Shown: one piece after another, positions 23,712 to 37,200 of the stretch
How the letters are laid out: every line of letters starts with the position of its first letter
Position numbering within the stretch: the first letter of the stretch is position 1
Assembly: GCA_030390025.1 (NCBI GenBank)
Contig: CM059433.1
Coordinates: 16,804,001-16,868,000 of the forward strand
From: Squalus acanthias
Lineage: Eukaryota
Length of the DNA stretch: 64,000 bases
Direction of reading: 5' to 3'
The notes under the pieces: model-generated
What the model was told of the DNA's origin: nothing
Seen by the model: the letters and a program-made list of their open reading frames with translations, nothing else
Database searches by the model: none
Program-made: the position numbers and the translations under genes

Positions 23712-23849
23712 CTGTTTCTCTCTCCACGGATGCTGCCTGGCCTGCTGAGTTTTTCCAGCGTTTTCTGTTGTTATTTCGGACTTCCAGCAGCCGCAGTATT
23801 TTGCTATTGTATGTTTTTATTTTGGTTTGTTTTCCATGCTGTCAAGTAA

Positions 23850-25130
23850 TCAGCTGGAACAATGGCCACGGAACTCACGCCTCAGGTTGACAGACACGGT
23901 TCCCGAGCTGTGGGAATCCCGTGGCCACGCATGGAAATTAAAAAAGTAAGTGGAAAAAGGCTCTTAAGTGCCTGTCAACTACCTGATAATGATTTCAATT
24001 GGGTCCTCCGCCACTGCCGGTCGGGTCGGATCTATGATGACAGACGTGCCTGTGGAAAAGGCATGTGGGTGCGAGATGACAGCGGATTCCCAACCCGCTG
24101 TCAAAAATAACAACTTTCCCACCTGACCCACCACTGATCGCGCCCACTACCACCCCGGAAAATTCAGCCCCAAGAGGTGGCAAAGATGGGGTCTTACGCT
24201 GCAATACCAGTTTAGTCTTCGTTTAGCGCAAGATGCCATCTGGGTAAAGGTGTTGAAGCCAGTGCTAGTAAAGGCCGCTTGGAGGATTGTTAAGGGGCTG
24301 ATTGACAATTAAATCGCCTGCTAGTGCTCATTAAAGAGCCCACACGCCATTTTGGTGGATAACACTTTATTTAACAACCTCCCCTATTAGCGACCAGCTG
24401 AACAGGAGTAAACAAGTCAGTGCTGAAAATTTCGAGCGCCACTCAAAGGTGTATCACCTTCTCCTGTTCACTTGCTGCTGGGAAACTTTGTCAAAACTTC
24501 ACCAACACTCTATCAACACTTGTTCTGTAAATTCTCTGAGGACTTCACCTAAAGTAAGTGCTGTGCTACTCTACCTTATTGGACACCTTATATGAGTCAT
24601 CAGGATAAAGGGAGTGCTTGGTCACAGGCATCTTGCTAGGGGTCCCCCTTGGTCTGCAGGAGGAATGGGAGGAGGAGATGAGGCCAGGCAGAGCAGCACC
24701 GGCTGCTGCAGGAGAGAGGGACAGGAGGACGAGGGGGACTGCTTACCCACTGCCGGTACAGGACATCCCTCCTCCTCTGGACCTCCTCCACCAGGACCGT
24801 GCCCGAGAACCTGTGCGCCCTCTCACTCGGTCCCTGAGCCATCCTGAAACCTGCTGCTGTGTGTCAGGCAGCCCACTCCACACCTTCAGTGGAATTGGTT
24901 GCGTGGAGCCCACATATACCTGCTCCACGAAAATTGCGTCTAATCAGCACTTTCATGCTAAACCTGCATGGTGTCTGATTTAGCACCTCCAGGCAAGTTC
25001 AAATGATGGCAATCAGCAATTAGGATCAAAATTGCGTGCTAAAACCAGACTTTCAAATAGGCGCGCCTTATTAGCGCAGCACCCATTCAGCGGCTGTTTT
25101 CACCCTTTCACCAAAACGACGACCCTCAAT
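23850..25130. mobile_element. Harbinger terminal remnants
   Basis: 23850-24170 is similar to 9170-9495 (terminus of element A). 24170-25130 has GC-rich subterminal motifs and a Myb-like trace on - (VQRRRDVLY). Confidence 0.55.
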
Positions 25131-25154
25131 GTTTAGTAAACTACAACCCTCAGA

Positions 25155-25450
25155 GTAGAGTAGCCTAGTAGTTATAGTACTGGACTAGCAACCCACAGGT
25201 TGTGAGTTTAAACGTCACCATAACTAGTTGTGAAATTGAATTCAATAAATCTGGTCACTTGTGGGCTGACGCATGAAAGCTGCCGGATTGTTGTAAAAAC
25301 CCAATTGGTTTACTGATGTCCTTCAGGGAAGGGACCTGCCACCCCTACCCGGTCTGACTCTGTGATTGACACCTAATGCTCTCAGGGCAACTAAGGATGG
25401 GCATTAAATATTGCCTTTCTATTGCCACCCACATCCCAAGAACAAATAAG
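25155..25450 (+). mobile_element. tRNA-derived SINE
   Basis: A/B-box-like head (TAGCCTAGTAG..GAGTTTAAAC) and tail CTCAGGGCAACTAAGGATGGGCA shared with 55735-55905. Confidence 0.6.
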
Positions 25451-25603
25451 AAAACGTTCTCTCAATTAGCAGCCTTAAGCAGGTAACACTGCACAGTGTA
25501 TATATGCTTGGAGTTACCCTGTCCCAAATGCATCATCTTGCTCTTGCCGACATTGAAAAACAGCTTGCATACTGCCAATGCACCTAGATCTGCCTGCAGA
25601 CTA

Positions 25604-26366
25604 TGGCCCGAAAATTAGACCTAATACGCGAGAGTACGCACTGTGTACTCTAGCGTATTAGGTCCCGAATTGTGGGTTCCTGCATGCACTGCGCATGCGC
25701 GGGAAACCGTCACTTCGTGTATTGCAAAGGGGGCGGTTCCTAAGTGAACCGCGTGCGCACTACAGGTTGTGCGCACGCAGTGCACTTAGTTTTTTTTTCA
25801 GGTTTGAACGCGCAGGTAAGTGGTGAAGATTTTACACATAAAGAAAGCAGGCGTCGGACCCCCTTTTAACAAGATAAGTAGTTAATTAAGTGTTATTTTA
25901 ATTTTTTTCAACAGGTTTATCTATTTTAGAGACTTTAAAGAAAGGTAAGTTTATTTTTATAACTTTTAAAAAGATTTTAAATTTTTTCAAAAGTTTAATT
26001 TTTTGTTTAAAGTGGTTAATTTATTTAACTATAGTTATTTTATTAATGTGATGGCTTTTTTTAAAATTTAATTGAGGTTTAGCTGTTCTTTTGGGGGCTT
26101 GTAGTATTCATAGCTTTGACAGCCCTTGCTGTCAAAACTATGAATGAAAGATGGTGTGCTGACATTGGCTCTAACTGAATCACGTGATCCCAGAGCTCGC
26201 ACGAACTAATTGCGCCTCTGGGACACGTAAGCACTGCACACTGGCAACAGGGAGAGGCCCTGAAACTGAAGTTCGTGTGGGCCTGAAACAAAAAGGTAGG
26301 CGCGGAGTGCGATATCGCGGGGAATCCTTACCCCCGCGGGAACCATCGATGTTTAATTTCTGGGCC
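25604..26366 (+). mobile_element. Non-autonomous DNA transposon with three subterminal hairpins, copy 2, inserted in an old CR1
   Basis: TIR-like GGCCCGAAAATT / AATTTCTGGGCC. Flanks join into a CR1 RT with KFADDMKI on - at ~26400-26425. Confidence 0.7.
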
Positions 26367-26479
26367 TATCTATTTCATCTAAGGTCCTAACTTCTGCATA
26401 TATCTTCATGTCATCAGCAAACTTGTTTCCTGCAGGTCTTCATTCCGATCATTAATAAAGATGGTGAAGAATATATAAA

Positions 26480-27236
26480 TGCAAGCCTTTCTTTTCTTAT
26501 GTTTGCTTTCAAGCAGCTTACTAAAGGACTTTTTAATACCAGTTTTAAGGAAACTAAAAAGAAACCCTGGATTGCTCAAAAAGCAGGATTTTGTTAAAAG
26601 TATTAACAACAAAGGATAAAACACAGAATTATTAACCTAACTGCTTAAAAGGCTAACTGAGATAATGTACTTTCGCGGAGTTAAGAGACGAGGTTGAAGA
26701 AGACAGTTGCCCAGCTAAACCTTGAGAGACTGTGGGAACATTAGAAAACTACTTTTGCATCAGAGAGAGAGGGAGGATGGAAAATTACTGAGAAGTTTGG
26801 TTTCCCAGCAGCCGGGGTATAAAGGACCGTTTAACCCTCCAAAATAAGAGAAAAGGCTGCAGTTGGCGGGGAAGAAGTCCACCGTCCAGCAAGAAAGAAG
26901 ACGTCAAAGGTTGTATTACTGTTAACTGTTAATTGAATAATTGGTAGAAGTAATAAAGCATTGTTGATTTTACCAATACGCTGACCTATGTTTGTGACTG
27001 ATCTTCCCTCGGTTTGAACCTAAAGGGGTAGAAATTCATCTTGGGGCGGTACTGCAAATCAGGCGCTATCATATCGCTCGCCCGTTTTTACGCCACGCCT
27101 GATATTCAGTTTCATTGACTTCAGTAGAGCTGAATATCGGGCAGGGTGTATAACGGGCAGCAGATGCGATAACGCCTGTTTACTGCTACCGCCTAAGATG
27201 AATTTCTACTCCAAAATCTATCTGTGAACTATTACA
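26480..27236 (+). mobile_element. Possible LTR remnant containing a MITE
   Basis: TATAAA at ~26818, AATAAA at ~26952, U5-like tract ending ATTACA. No TSD or clear left end. Confidence 0.35.
27025..27212. mobile_element. Fully palindromic MITE
   Basis: GGGGTAGAAATTCATCTT..AAGATGAATTTCTACTCC with complementarity continuing to a central CATTGACTTCAGT. Confidence 0.8.
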
Positions 27237-28257
27237 TTACTGGGTTTGTCTGTATTATCAGCACAAGAAGAGTTGTGTGAACTAAGCCAAACATGAGGCT
27301 TCAATTTTGGGTTAACTTAGTGTCAGCACTGCCCTCAAACAGATAAACAAAATGTTTGTGCTCCTAAGACTGTTTACTGCGTTTTATTCAATGCCCATAG
27401 AGGGAGAAGGTTAGATTAGCACATATGTTACCCATGTGATACATTATTCATAAGCAATAAAGTTCAATTAGTTTATTTATCAATAATTGGCACAAGAGAA
27501 GTAAAGGAAAAAAATTAGGGGCAACCTTTTTTCTTCCTGCCCCTTAAATTTCAGAATAAAGACATCTACTAATGTCATAAAAATGGAAGTGTATGCTAAC
27601 AGTTGCATTTTTACTAAATCCTATATAATCTTGTTCTGGCCTGTATTTTCCGAAACACACAACATGCATAATTAAGGAATAAGCTCCGAATTCACATGTT
27701 GTGACTCACTTTAGGAGTCAACTTTCTTAAAAGGCGAGGAGAAAATAATGGTCTCTCTTACTTTAACAGCACAGACAGTCCATCTTATGGGCTCATTACC
27801 CCACTAACTACTTATCGTTTTCCCAGCGTGGTGTCTGACTGTCTAATATTCGGCTTTGAAAACCTGTGAGAAAAACAGAGCACTTTCCATCATTAAAAGG
27901 CATCTGGCTGAAGTAACAGAACTGTGTTATTACACAGGACTTTTGACAACTTGCCTGAAAATTAGCATTTACGTGGCAGTGAAGGCTCATTCTTGTTGCC
28001 AGTGAAGATTTAGCAACAGAATTTCTTTCAAGAATTTTCTTGTTTTAAATAGCTTTAGTTCTTGGTTACTACAGAGGTAACTATATTTTACTTTCATGTA
28101 GAAATGTTGCTCATATCTAGAGAATTGTGATAAATGTAAATATTTTAATTTAAATAATTGTTACGTTGTAAAAAGAAAGCGATGATTTGTAGTAATTTCT
28201 TTTATCCACAGATAGTATTCAAGTTACTTTCTGCTGGATCACCTGGCTCATTTACAC

Positions 28258-31200
28258 TGCATTCAATGCCACTATCATTCGGTGCCACTATCACTTGATG
28301 CCACTATCGTTCAATGCCACTATCGCTCGGTGCCACTATCGTTCAATGCCACTATCGTTCAATGCCACTATCATTCAATGTCACTATCGTTCAGTGCCAC
28401 TATCATTCTGTTCCACTAACGTTCAGTTCCACTAACATTTAATGCCACTATCGTTCGGTGCCACTATCGTTCGGTGCTACTATCACTCAGTTCCACTATC
28501 GCTCGATGCCACTATCGTTCAATGCCACTATCGCTTGGTGCCACTATCGTTCAATGCCACTATCACTCGGTGCCACTATCGTGCAATGCCACTATCACTC
28601 GGTGCCACTATCGTGCAATGCCACTATCACTCGGTGCCACTATCGTGCAATGCCACTATCACTCAGTGCCACTATCATTCAGTGCCACTATCGTTTAATG
28701 TCACTATCGCTCAGTGCCACTATCGTTCAATGCCACTTTCGTTCGGTGCCACTATCGTTCAATGCCACTATCGTTCAGTGCAACTATCGCACGGTGCCAC
28801 TATCGTTCAGTTCCACTATCGTTCAATGCCACTATCGTTCAGTGCAACTATCGCTCGGTGCCACTATTGTTCAGTTCCACTATCGTTCAGTGCCACTATC
28901 GTTCAATGCCACTATCACTCGGTGCCACTATCGTTCAATGCCACTATCACTCAGTGCCACTATCATTCAATGCCACTGACGTAAGAAAACTACTAGGCAC
29001 TTGGTCTAAGCGTTAAACAAAGCTTTAATCAACTGTTTTTCAACATGGAGATCTAGTTGTGTCCTTCACTAGTTCCTGTTGAGGAATGTCCTAAGCAAGC
29101 TGGGCCCATGCCCGAGTATTTATACTCTCCCTGGACAGCGCCACCAGCAGGCCGCCCAGTATTACTTCATACATGAATGACAAGATTCATGTCAGCCACT
29201 ATCGCTCGGTGCCACTATCGTTCAATGCCACTAACGCTCAGTGCCACTATCGTTCAATGCCACTATCGCTCAGTGCCACTATCATTCAGTGCCACTATCG
29301 CTCAGTTCCATTATCGTTCGGTGCCACTATCATTCAATGCCACTATCGTTCGGTGCCACTATCATTCAATACTACTATCGATCAGTGCCACTATCATTCA
29401 GTGCCACTATCGTTCGGTGCCACTATCGTTCAATGCCACTATCGTTCAGTGCCACTATCGTTCAATGCCACTATCGCACGGTGCCACTATCGTTCAATGC
29501 CACTATCGTTCGGTGCCGCTATTGTTCAGTGCCACTATCGTTCAATGCCACTATCGCTCAGTGCCACTATCATTCAGTGCCACGATCGCTCAGTGCCACT
29601 ATTGTTCAGTGCCACTATCACTCGGTGCCACTATCGTGCAATGCCACTTTCGCTCGGTGCCACTATCGTTCAATGCCACTATCGTTAAGTGCCACTATCG
29701 TTAAGTGCCACTATCGTTCGGTGCCACTATAGTTCAGTGCCACTTTCGCTCGGTACCTCTATCGTTCGGTGCCACTATCATTCAATGCCACTGTAGTTCG
29801 GTGCCACTATCGTTCAGTGCCACTATCACTCAGTGCTACTATTGTTCGGTGCCACTATCGCTCGGTGCCACTATCGTTCAGTGCCACTATCGCTCAGTGC
29901 TACTATCGTTCGGTGCCACTATCGTTCAGTTCCACTATCGTTCAGTTCCACTATCGCTCGGTGCCACTATCGTTCAATGCCACTATCGTTCGGTGCCACT
30001 ATCGCTCGGTGCCACTATCGCTCAGTGCTACTATCGTTCAGTGCCACTATCGTTCAGTTCCACTATCGCTCGGTGCCACTATCGCTCAGTGCTACTATCG
30101 TTCGGTGCCACTATCGTTCGGTGCCACTATCGTTCAGTTCCACTATCGCTCGGTGCCACTATCGCTCAGTGCTACTATCGTTCAGTGCCACTATCGCTCG
30201 GTGTCACTATCGTTCAATGCCACTATCGCTCGGTGCTACTATCGTTCAGTGCCACTTTCGCTCGGTACCACTATTGTTCGGTGCCACTATAGATCGGTGC
30301 CACTATTGCTCGGTGCCACTATCGTTTGGTGCCACTATCGCTCGGTGCCACTATCGTTCAATGCCACTATCATTTAGTGCCACTATCATTCAGTGCCACT
30401 ATCGCTCAGTGCCACTATCATTCAATGTCACTATCGCTCGGTGCCACTATCGCTCAGTGCCACTATCGTTCGGTGCCACTATCATTCAATGTCACTATCG
30501 CTCGGTGCCACTATCGCTCAGTGCCACTATCGTTCAATGTCACTATCGCTCAGTTCCATTATCGCTCGGTGCCACTATCGCTCAGTGCCACTATCGTTCA
30601 ATGTCACTATTGTTCGGTGCCACTATCGCTCGGTGTCACTATCGTTCGGTGCCACTATCGCTCAGCTCCATTATCGCTCGGTGCCACTATCGCTCGGTGC
30701 CACTATCGCTCAGTGTCACTATCGCTCGGTGCCACTATCGCTCGGTGCCACTATCGTTCAATGTCACTATCGTTCGGTGCCACTATCGCTCGGTGCCACT
30801 ATCGCTCGGGGCCACTATCGTTCAGTTCCACTATCGCTCGGTGCCACTATCGTTCAATGCCACTATCGCTCAGTGCCACTATCATTCAGTGCCACTATCG
30901 CTCAGTTCCATTATCGTTCGGTGCCACTATCATTCAATGCCACTATCGTTCGGTGCCACTATCATTCAATACTACTATCGATCAGTGCCACTATCATTCA
31001 GTGCCACTATCGTTCGGTGCCACTATCGTTCAATGCCACTATCGTTCAGTGCCACTATCGTTCAATGCCACTATCGCACGGTGCCACTATCGTTCAATGC
31101 CACTATCGTTCGGTGCCGCTATTGTTCAGTGCCACTATCGTTCAATGCCACTATCGCTCAGTGCCACTATCATTCAGTGCCACGATCGCTCAGTGCCACT

Positions 31201-34200
31201 ATTGTTCAGTGCCACTATCACTCGGTGCCACTATCGTGCAATGCCACTTTCGCTCGGTGCCACTATCGTTCAATGCCACTATCGTTAAGTGCCACTATCG
31301 TTAAGTGCCACTATCGTTCGGTGCCACTATAGTTCAGTGCCACTTTCGCTCGGTACCTCTATCGTTCGGTGCCACTATCATTCAATGCCACTGTAGTTCG
31401 GTGCCACTATCGTTCAGTGCCACTATCACTCAGTGCTACTATTGTTCGGTGCCACTATCGCTCGGTGCCACTATCGTTCAGTGCCACTATCGCTCAGTGC
31501 TACTATCGTTCGGTGCCACTATCGTTCAGTTCCACTATCGTTCAGTTCCACTATCGCTCGGTGCCACTATCGTTCAATGCCACTATCGTTCGGTGCCACT
31601 ATCGCTCGGTGCCACTATCGCTCAGTGCTACTATCGTTCAGTGCCACTATCGTTCAGTTCCACTATCGCTCGGTGCCACTATCGCTCAGTGCTACTATCG
31701 TTCGGTGCCACTATCGTTCGGTGCCACTATCGTTCAGTTCCACTATCGCTCGGTGCCACTCTCGCTCAGTGCTACTATCGTTCAGTGCCACTATCGCTCG
31801 GTGTCACTATCGTTCAATGCCACTATCGCTCGGTGCTACTATCGTTCAGTGCCACTTTCGCTCGGTACCACTATTGTTCGGTGCCACTATAGATCGGTGC
31901 CACTATTGCTCGGTGCCACTATCGTTTGGTGCCACTATCGCTCGGTGCCACTATCGTTCAATGCCACTATCATTTAGTGCCACTATCATTCAGTGCCACT
32001 ATCGCTCAGTGCCACTATCATTCAATGTCACTATCGCTCGGTGCCACTATCGCTCAGTGCCACTATCGTTCGGTGCCACTATCATTCAATGTCACTATCG
32101 CTCGGTGCCACTATCGCTCAGTGCCACTATCGTTCAATGTCACTATCGCTCAGTTCCATTATCGCTCGGTGCCACTATCGCTCAGTGCCACTATCGTTCA
32201 ATGTCACTATTGTTCGGTGCCACTATCGCTCGGTGTCACTATCGTTCGGTGCCACTATCGCTCAGCTCCATTATCGCTCGGTGCCACTATCGCTCGGTGC
32301 CACTATCGCTCAGTGTCACTATCGCTCGGTGCCACTATCGCTCGGTGCCACTATCGTTCAATGTCACTATCGTTCGGTGCCACTATCGCTCGGTGCCACT
32401 ATCGCTCGGGGCCACTATCGTTCAGTTCCACTATCGCTCGGTGCCACTATCGTTCAATGCCACTATCACTCGGTGCCACTATCGTTCAATGCCACTATCG
32501 CTCAGTGCTACTATCGTTCGGTGCCACTATCGCTCAGTGCTACTATCGTTCAATGCTACTATCGTTCAATGCCACTATCGTTCAGTGCCACTATCGTTCA
32601 ATGCCACTATCGTTCAATGCCACTATCGCTCAGTGCTACTATCGTTCAATGCCACTATCGTTCGGGGCCACTATCACTCGGTGCCACTATCGCTCGGTGC
32701 CACTATCGTTCAATGCCACTATCGCTCAGTGCTACTATCGTTCGGTGCCACTATCGTTCAATGTCACTATCGTTCAATGCCACTATCGCTCAGTGCTACT
32801 ATCGTTCAATGCCACTATCGTTCGGTGCCACTATCGCTCAGCTCCACTATCGCTCGGTGCCACTATCGTTCGGTGCCACTATCATTCAATGTCACTATCG
32901 CTCGGTGCCACTATCGCTCAGTTCCACTATCGTTCGGTGCCACTATCATTCAATGCCACTATCGCTCAATGCCACTATCGCTCGGTGCCACTATCATTCA
33001 GTTCCACTATCGCTCGGGGCCACTATCGCTCAGCTCCACTATCGCTCGGTGCCACTATCGTTCGGTGCCACTATCATTCAATGTCACTATCGCTCGGTGC
33101 CACTATCGCTCAGTTCCACTATCGCTCAATGCCACTATCATTCAATGCCACTATCATTCGGTGCCACTATCATTCAATGCCACTATCGCTCGGTGCCACT
33201 ATCGCTCGGTGCCACTATCGCTCAATGCCACTATCATTCAATGCCACTATCGTTCAATGCCACTATCGTTCAATGCCACTATCGTTCAATGCCACTATCG
33301 TTCGGTGCCACTATCGCTCAATGCCACTATCGTTCAATGCCACTATCGTTCGGTGCCACTATCGCTCGGTGCCACTATCGTTCAATGCCACTATCGCTCG
33401 GTGCCACTATCGCTCAGTGCCACTATCGCTCGGGGCCACTATCGTTCAGTTCCACTATCGCTCGGTGCCACTATCGCTCGGGGCCACTATCATTCAGTTC
33501 CACTATCGCTCGGTGCCACTATCGCTCGGTGCCACTATCGTTCAGTTCCACTATCGCTCGGTGCCACTATCGCTCGGTGCCACTATCGCTCGGGGCCACT
33601 ATCGTTCAATGCCACTATCGCTTGTTGCCACTATCGCTCGGGGCCACTATCGTTCAATGCCACTATCGCTCGGTGCCACTATCGCTCGGGGCCACTATCG
33701 TTCAATGCCACTATCGCTCGTTGCCACTATCGCTCGGTGCCACTATCGTTCGGTGCCACTATCGCTCGGTGCCACTATCGTTCAGTTCCACTATCGCTCG
33801 GTGCCACTATCGTTCAATGCCACTATCACTCGGTGCCACTATCGTTCAATGCCACTATCGCTCAGTGCTACTATCGTTCGGTGCCACTATCGCTCAGTGC
33901 TACTATCGTTCAATGCTACTATCGTTCAATGCCACTATCGTTCAGTGCCACTATCGTTCAATGCCACTATCGTTCAATGCCACTATCGCTCAGTGCTACT
34001 ATCGTTCAATGCCACTATCGTTCGGGGCCACTATCGCTCGGTGCCACTATCGCTCGGTGCCACTATCGTTCAATGCCACTATCGCTCAGTGCTACTATCG
34101 TTCGGTGCCACTATCGTTCAATGTCACTATCGTTCAATGCCACTATCGCTCAGTGCTACTATCGTTCAATGCCACTATCGTTCGGTGCCACTATCGCTCA

Positions 34201-37200
34201 GCTCCACTATCGCTCGGTGCCACTATCGTTCGGTGCCACTATCATTCAATGTCACTATCGCTCGGTGCCACTATCGCTCAGTTCCACTATCGTTCGGTGC
34301 CACTATCATTCAATGCCACTATCGCTCAATGCCACTATCGCTCGGTGCCACTATCATTCAGTTCCACTATCGCTCGGGGCCACTATCGCTCAGCTCCACT
34401 ATCGCTCGGTGCCACTATCGTTCGGTGCCACTATCATTCAATGTCACTATCGCTCGGTGCCACTATCGCTCAGTTCCACTATCGCTCAATGCCACTATCA
34501 TTCAATGCCACTATCATTCGGTGCCACTATCATTCAATGCCATTATCGCTCGGTGCCACTATCGCTCGGTGCCACTATCGCTCAATGCCACTATCATTCA
34601 ATGCCACTATCGTTCAATGCCACTATCGTTCAATGCCACTATCGTTCAATGCCACTATCGTTCGGTGTCACTATCGCTCAATGCCACTATCGTTCAATGC
34701 CACTATCGTTCGGTGCCACTATCGCTCGGTGCCACTATCGTTCAATGCCACTATCGCTCGGTGCCACTATCGCTCAGTGCCACTATCGCTCGGGGCCACT
34801 ATCGTTCAGTTCCACTATCGCTCGGTGCCACTATCGCTCGGGGCCACTATCATTCAGTTCCACTATCGCTCGGTGCCACTATCGCTCGGTGCCACTATCG
34901 TTCAGTTCCACTATCGCTCGGTGCCACTATCGCTCGGTGCCACTATCGCTCGGGGCCACTATCGTTCAATGCCACTATCGCTTGTTGCCACTATCGCTCG
35001 GGGCCACTATCGTTCAATGCCACTATCGCTCGTTGCCACTATCGCTCGGTGCCACTATCGTTCGGTGCCACTATCGCTCGGTGCCACTATCGTTCAGTTC
35101 CACTATCGCTCGGTGCCACTATCGTTCAGTTCCACTATCGCTCGGTGTCACTATCGTTCGGTGCCACTATCGCTCGGTGCCACTATCGTTCAGTTCCACT
35201 ATCGCTCGGTGCCACGATCGTTCAGTTCCACTATCGCTCGGTGTCACTATCGTTCGGTGCCACTATCGCTCGGTGCCACTATCGTTCAGTTCCACTATCG
35301 CTCGGTGCCACTATCGTTCAGTTCCACTATCGCTCGGTGTCACTATCGTTCGGTGCCACTATCGCTCGGTGCCACTATCGCTCAGTTCCACTATCGCTCG
35401 GTGCCACTATCGTTCAGTTCCACTATCGCTCGGTGCCACTATCGCTCAGTGCTACTATCGTTCGGTGCCACTATCGTTCAGTTCCACTATCGCTCGGTGC
35501 CACTATCGCTCAGTGCTACTATCGTTCAGTGCCACTATCGCTCGGTGTCACTATCGTTCAATGCCACTATCGCTCGGTGCTACTATCGTTCAGTGCCACT
35601 TTCGCTCGGTACCACTATTGTTCGGTGCCACTATAGATCGGTGCCACTATTGCTCGGTGCCACTATCGTTTGGTGCCACTATCGCTCGGTGCCACTATCG
35701 TTCAATGCCACTATCATTTAGTGCCACTATCATTCAGTGCCACTATCGCTCAGTGCCACTATCGTTCAATGCCACTATCGCTCAGTGCTACTATCGTTCG
35801 GTGCCACTATCGCTCAGTGCTACTATCGTTCAATGCTACTATCGTTCAATGCCACTATCGTTCAGTGCCACTATCGTTCAATGCCACTATCGTTCAATGC
35901 CACTATCGCTCAGTGCTACTATCGTTCAATGCCACTATCGTTCGGGGCCACTATCACTCGGTGCCACTATCGCTCGGTGCCACTATCGTTCAATGCCACT
36001 ATCGCTCAGTGCTACTATCGTTCGGTGCCACTATCGTTCAATGTCACTATCGTTCAATGCCACTATCGCTCAGTGCTACTATCGTTCAATGCCACTATCG
36101 TTCGATGCCACTATCGCTCAGCTCCACTATCGCTCGGTGCCACTATCGTTCGGTGCCACTATCATTCAATGTCACTATCGCTCGGTGCCACTATCGCTCA
36201 GTTCCACTATCGCTCGGTGCCACTATCATTCAATGCCACTATCGCTCGGTGCCACTATCGCTCGGTGCCACTATCGCTCAATGCCACTATCGCTCGGTGC
36301 CACTATCATTCAATGCCACTATCGCTCAATGCCACTATCGCTCGGTGCTACTATCATTCAGTTCCACTATCGCTCGGGGCCACTATCGCTCAGCTCCACT
36401 ATCGCTCGGTGCCACTATCGTTCGGTGCCACTATCATTCAATGTCACTATCGCTCGGTGCCACTATCGCTCAGTTCCACTATCGCTCAATGCCACTATCA
36501 TTCAATGCCACTATCATTCGGTGCCACTATCATTCAATGCCACTATCGCTCGGTGCCACTATCGCTCGGTGCCACTATCGCTCAATGCCACTATCATTCA
36601 ATGCCACTATCGTTCAATGCCACTATCGTTCAATGCCACTATCGTTCAATGCCACTATCGTTCGGTGTCACTATCGCTCAATGCCACTATCGTTCAATGC
36701 CACTATCGTTCGGTGCCACTATCGCTCGGTGCCACTATCGTTCAATGCCACTATCGCTCGGTGCCACTATCGCTCGGTGCCACTATCGCTCGGGGCCACT
36801 ATCGTTCAGTTCCACTATCGCTCGGTGCCACTATCGCTCGGGGCCACTATCATTCAGTTCCACTATCGCTCGGTGCCGCTATCGCTCGGTGCCACTATCG
36901 TTCAGTTCCACTATCGCTCGGTGCCACTATCGCTCGGTGCCACTATCGCTCGGGGCCACTATCGTTCAATGCCACTATCGCTTGTTGCCACTATCGCTCG
37001 GGGCCACTATCGTTCAATGCCACTATCGCTCGGTGCCACTATCGCTCGGGGCCACTATCGTTCAATGCCACTATCGCTCGTTGCCACTATCGCTCGGTGC
37101 CACTATCGTTCAGTTCCACTATCGCTCGGTGCCACGATCGTTCAGTTCCACTATCGCTCGGTGTCACTATCGTTCGGTGCCACTATCACTCGGTGCCACT

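Larger units (their letters stand above)
23392..23810. mobile_element. Penelope-like insertion with inverted pLTR pair, family 1
   Basis: ~170-bp inverted arms 23392-23562 and 23607-23776, 44-bp spacer. 14-bp TSD ATGTTTTTATTTTG at 23378-23391 and 23811-23824. One hammerhead in each arm. Confidence 0.85.

Noticed and set aside
25155..25230. tRNA gene
   Set aside because: Degenerate A/B boxes continue into a SINE body; no cloverleaf.
26436..26600. + strand exon after TTTCCTGCAG
   Set aside because: It is the antisense of an old CR1 RT segment (FTIFIND..KFADD) running into LTR-like sequence.
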